Assembly: GCA_033762915.1 (NCBI GenBank) | Contig: JANRLD010000003.1 | Coordinates: 1-39,472 of the forward strand | Length of the DNA: 39,472 nt | Direction of reading: 5' to 3' | DNA from: Meiothermus sp. | GTDB lineage: Bacteria > Deinococcota > Deinococci > Deinococcales > Thermaceae | Shown: positions 38,490 to 39,472 of the stretch, piece after piece | Position numbering within the stretch: position 1 is the first letter of the stretch | How the letters are laid out: each line of letters starts with the position of its first letter | Made by a program: the position numbers and the translations under genes | Notes under the pieces: generated by a model | What the model saw: only the letters and a program-made list of their open reading frames with translations | What the model was told of the DNA's origin: nothing | The model's database searches: none

Positions 38490-39218
38490 ATGAATCCGCG
38501 AGTCAGCGTGCTCATCCCGACCTTCCGGCGGCCCCATCTGCTGCGGCGGGCTTTGGCCTCGCTGCAGCGCCAGACCCTCGACAGTTGGCAGGCGGTCGTG
38601 ATTGACGACGGCGCCGGAGAGGGCCTGGCTGAGGCGGAATCCCTGCGCGACCCGCGCATCGTCGCCCGGGCGAATCAGGGGAAGGGGCAGGTGGACGCCC
38701 GAAACACCGCCCTGGGGCTGGCCCAGGGACAGGCCGTGGCCCTGCTCGACGACGACGACTGGATCGAAGACCCCCAGCACCTGACCAAGGCCCTCAACGC
38801 GCTCGCACACCGCCCGGCCCTGGTGTATCGGGGCGGCTGGCTGGTGCGGCTCGAGGGCCAGCAGGAGCTCTCCCGCACCGCCTTCAACCAAGTCGCCAGC
38901 CCCGAGAAGCTGCGCAAGGACAATCTGATCCTGGCCACCGGGGTGGTCTACCCCAGAGCCTTCCACGAGCAGCTGGGGCCCTTCGACCCCCAGATGTCGG
39001 ACTACTGGGACTGGGACTGGTACCTGCGGGTTACGGGAGCAGGGTATCCGCTGCACAAGCTGCGGGGCTTGGGCGTAATGGTTGCCCAGCACGGGGCCAA
39101 CATGAGCTACGGGGCTCGAGTGGACGAGCGCCGGGCCAACCTCGCCTCGCTGTGCGCCAAGCACGGCCTGGAGGGCGTGGAGCTGAAGGACCACGGCAGC
39201 ATCGCGGCGGCCCAATGA
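38490..39218 (+). CDS. Glycosyltransferase family 2
   Basis: VSVLIPTF, IDDG, ARN, LLDDDD, DWDWYLR. Confidence 0.9.
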   Translation: MNPRVSVLIPTFRRPHLLRRALASLQRQTLDSWQAVVIDDGAGEGLAEAESLRDPRIVARANQGKGQVDARNTALGLAQGQAVALLDDDDWIEDPQHLTKALNALAHRPALVYRGGWLVRLEGQQELSRTAFNQVASPEKLRKDNLILATGVVYPRAFHEQLGPFDPQMSDYWDWDWYLRVTGAGYPLHKLRGLGVMVAQHGANMSYGARVDERRANLASLCAKHGLEGVELKDHGSIAAAQ

Positions 39219-39339
39219 GTTGCACCTTAGGGCATTGGCGAATCCCCTACGTGCCAGGAGCAGCGAGCGGCTTAGCGGCATAACTTCAGGCGGCCGGGGG
39301 GCACTTGGCATCCCGGCTTTTCAGACACTTCATCCTCCC

Positions 39340-39472
39340 CATCAGGGCAACCGCAAAGTCGCCTTAAAGCCTCCCCTACGCTGTAGGGGAGGTTGGAGGG
39401 GTCTGTTCCGAGGTCGCCCATTCAGTCAGCGAATACATGGGTCAGCGCGGAACAAACCCCGCCCTACCCACC
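39340..39472. mobile_element. Left part of the same MITE-like element as at the window start
   Basis: Terminal inverted repeat CATCAGGGCAACCGCAAAGTCG at 39340-39361; REP hairpin CCTCCCCTAC-GCT-GTAGGGGAGG; last 58 nt equal the first 58 nt. Confidence 0.8.

Overview
High-GC chromosomal-type DNA with Deinococcota hallmarks: many leaderless genes with TANNNT 5-8 nt before the start codon, and a strong excess of CTCGAG. A Meiothermus-like organism is likely (inference). Bases ~190-13400 form an island of small general-stress genes: Csp/DUF326-type Cu protein, YdaT-like, uvsE, DUF4385, HMA-like, YflT-like, DUF421, MBL hydrolase, AI-2E, TspO-like, a yqjDEK-like trio and a dienelactone hydrolase. Next come an isolated wzx/wzc pair, pdxH and glpD. 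A histidine-utilisation cluster (ureohydrolase, hutI, hutU, hutH) follows, interrupted by a SARP/BTAD regulator and a GNAT-Rieske oxygenase operon. The right end holds a GH1-RmlD fusion, a HAD hydrolase, orphan XdhC-YHS/CoxD genes, tandem M50 proteases (one degenerate) and a GT2. The main hidden signal is a promoter architecture shared by 8-9 promoters: 2-4 (C)TCA(G) boxes at exactly 11-bp spacing, the last box 11 nt before a YANNNT -10. It links the stress island, an unannotated ~200-nt transcript and the distant GH1-RmlD gene into a putative regulon. Both window ends fall inside the same ~213-bp MITE-like element, with a 58-bp identical overlap and 22-bp inverted termini.
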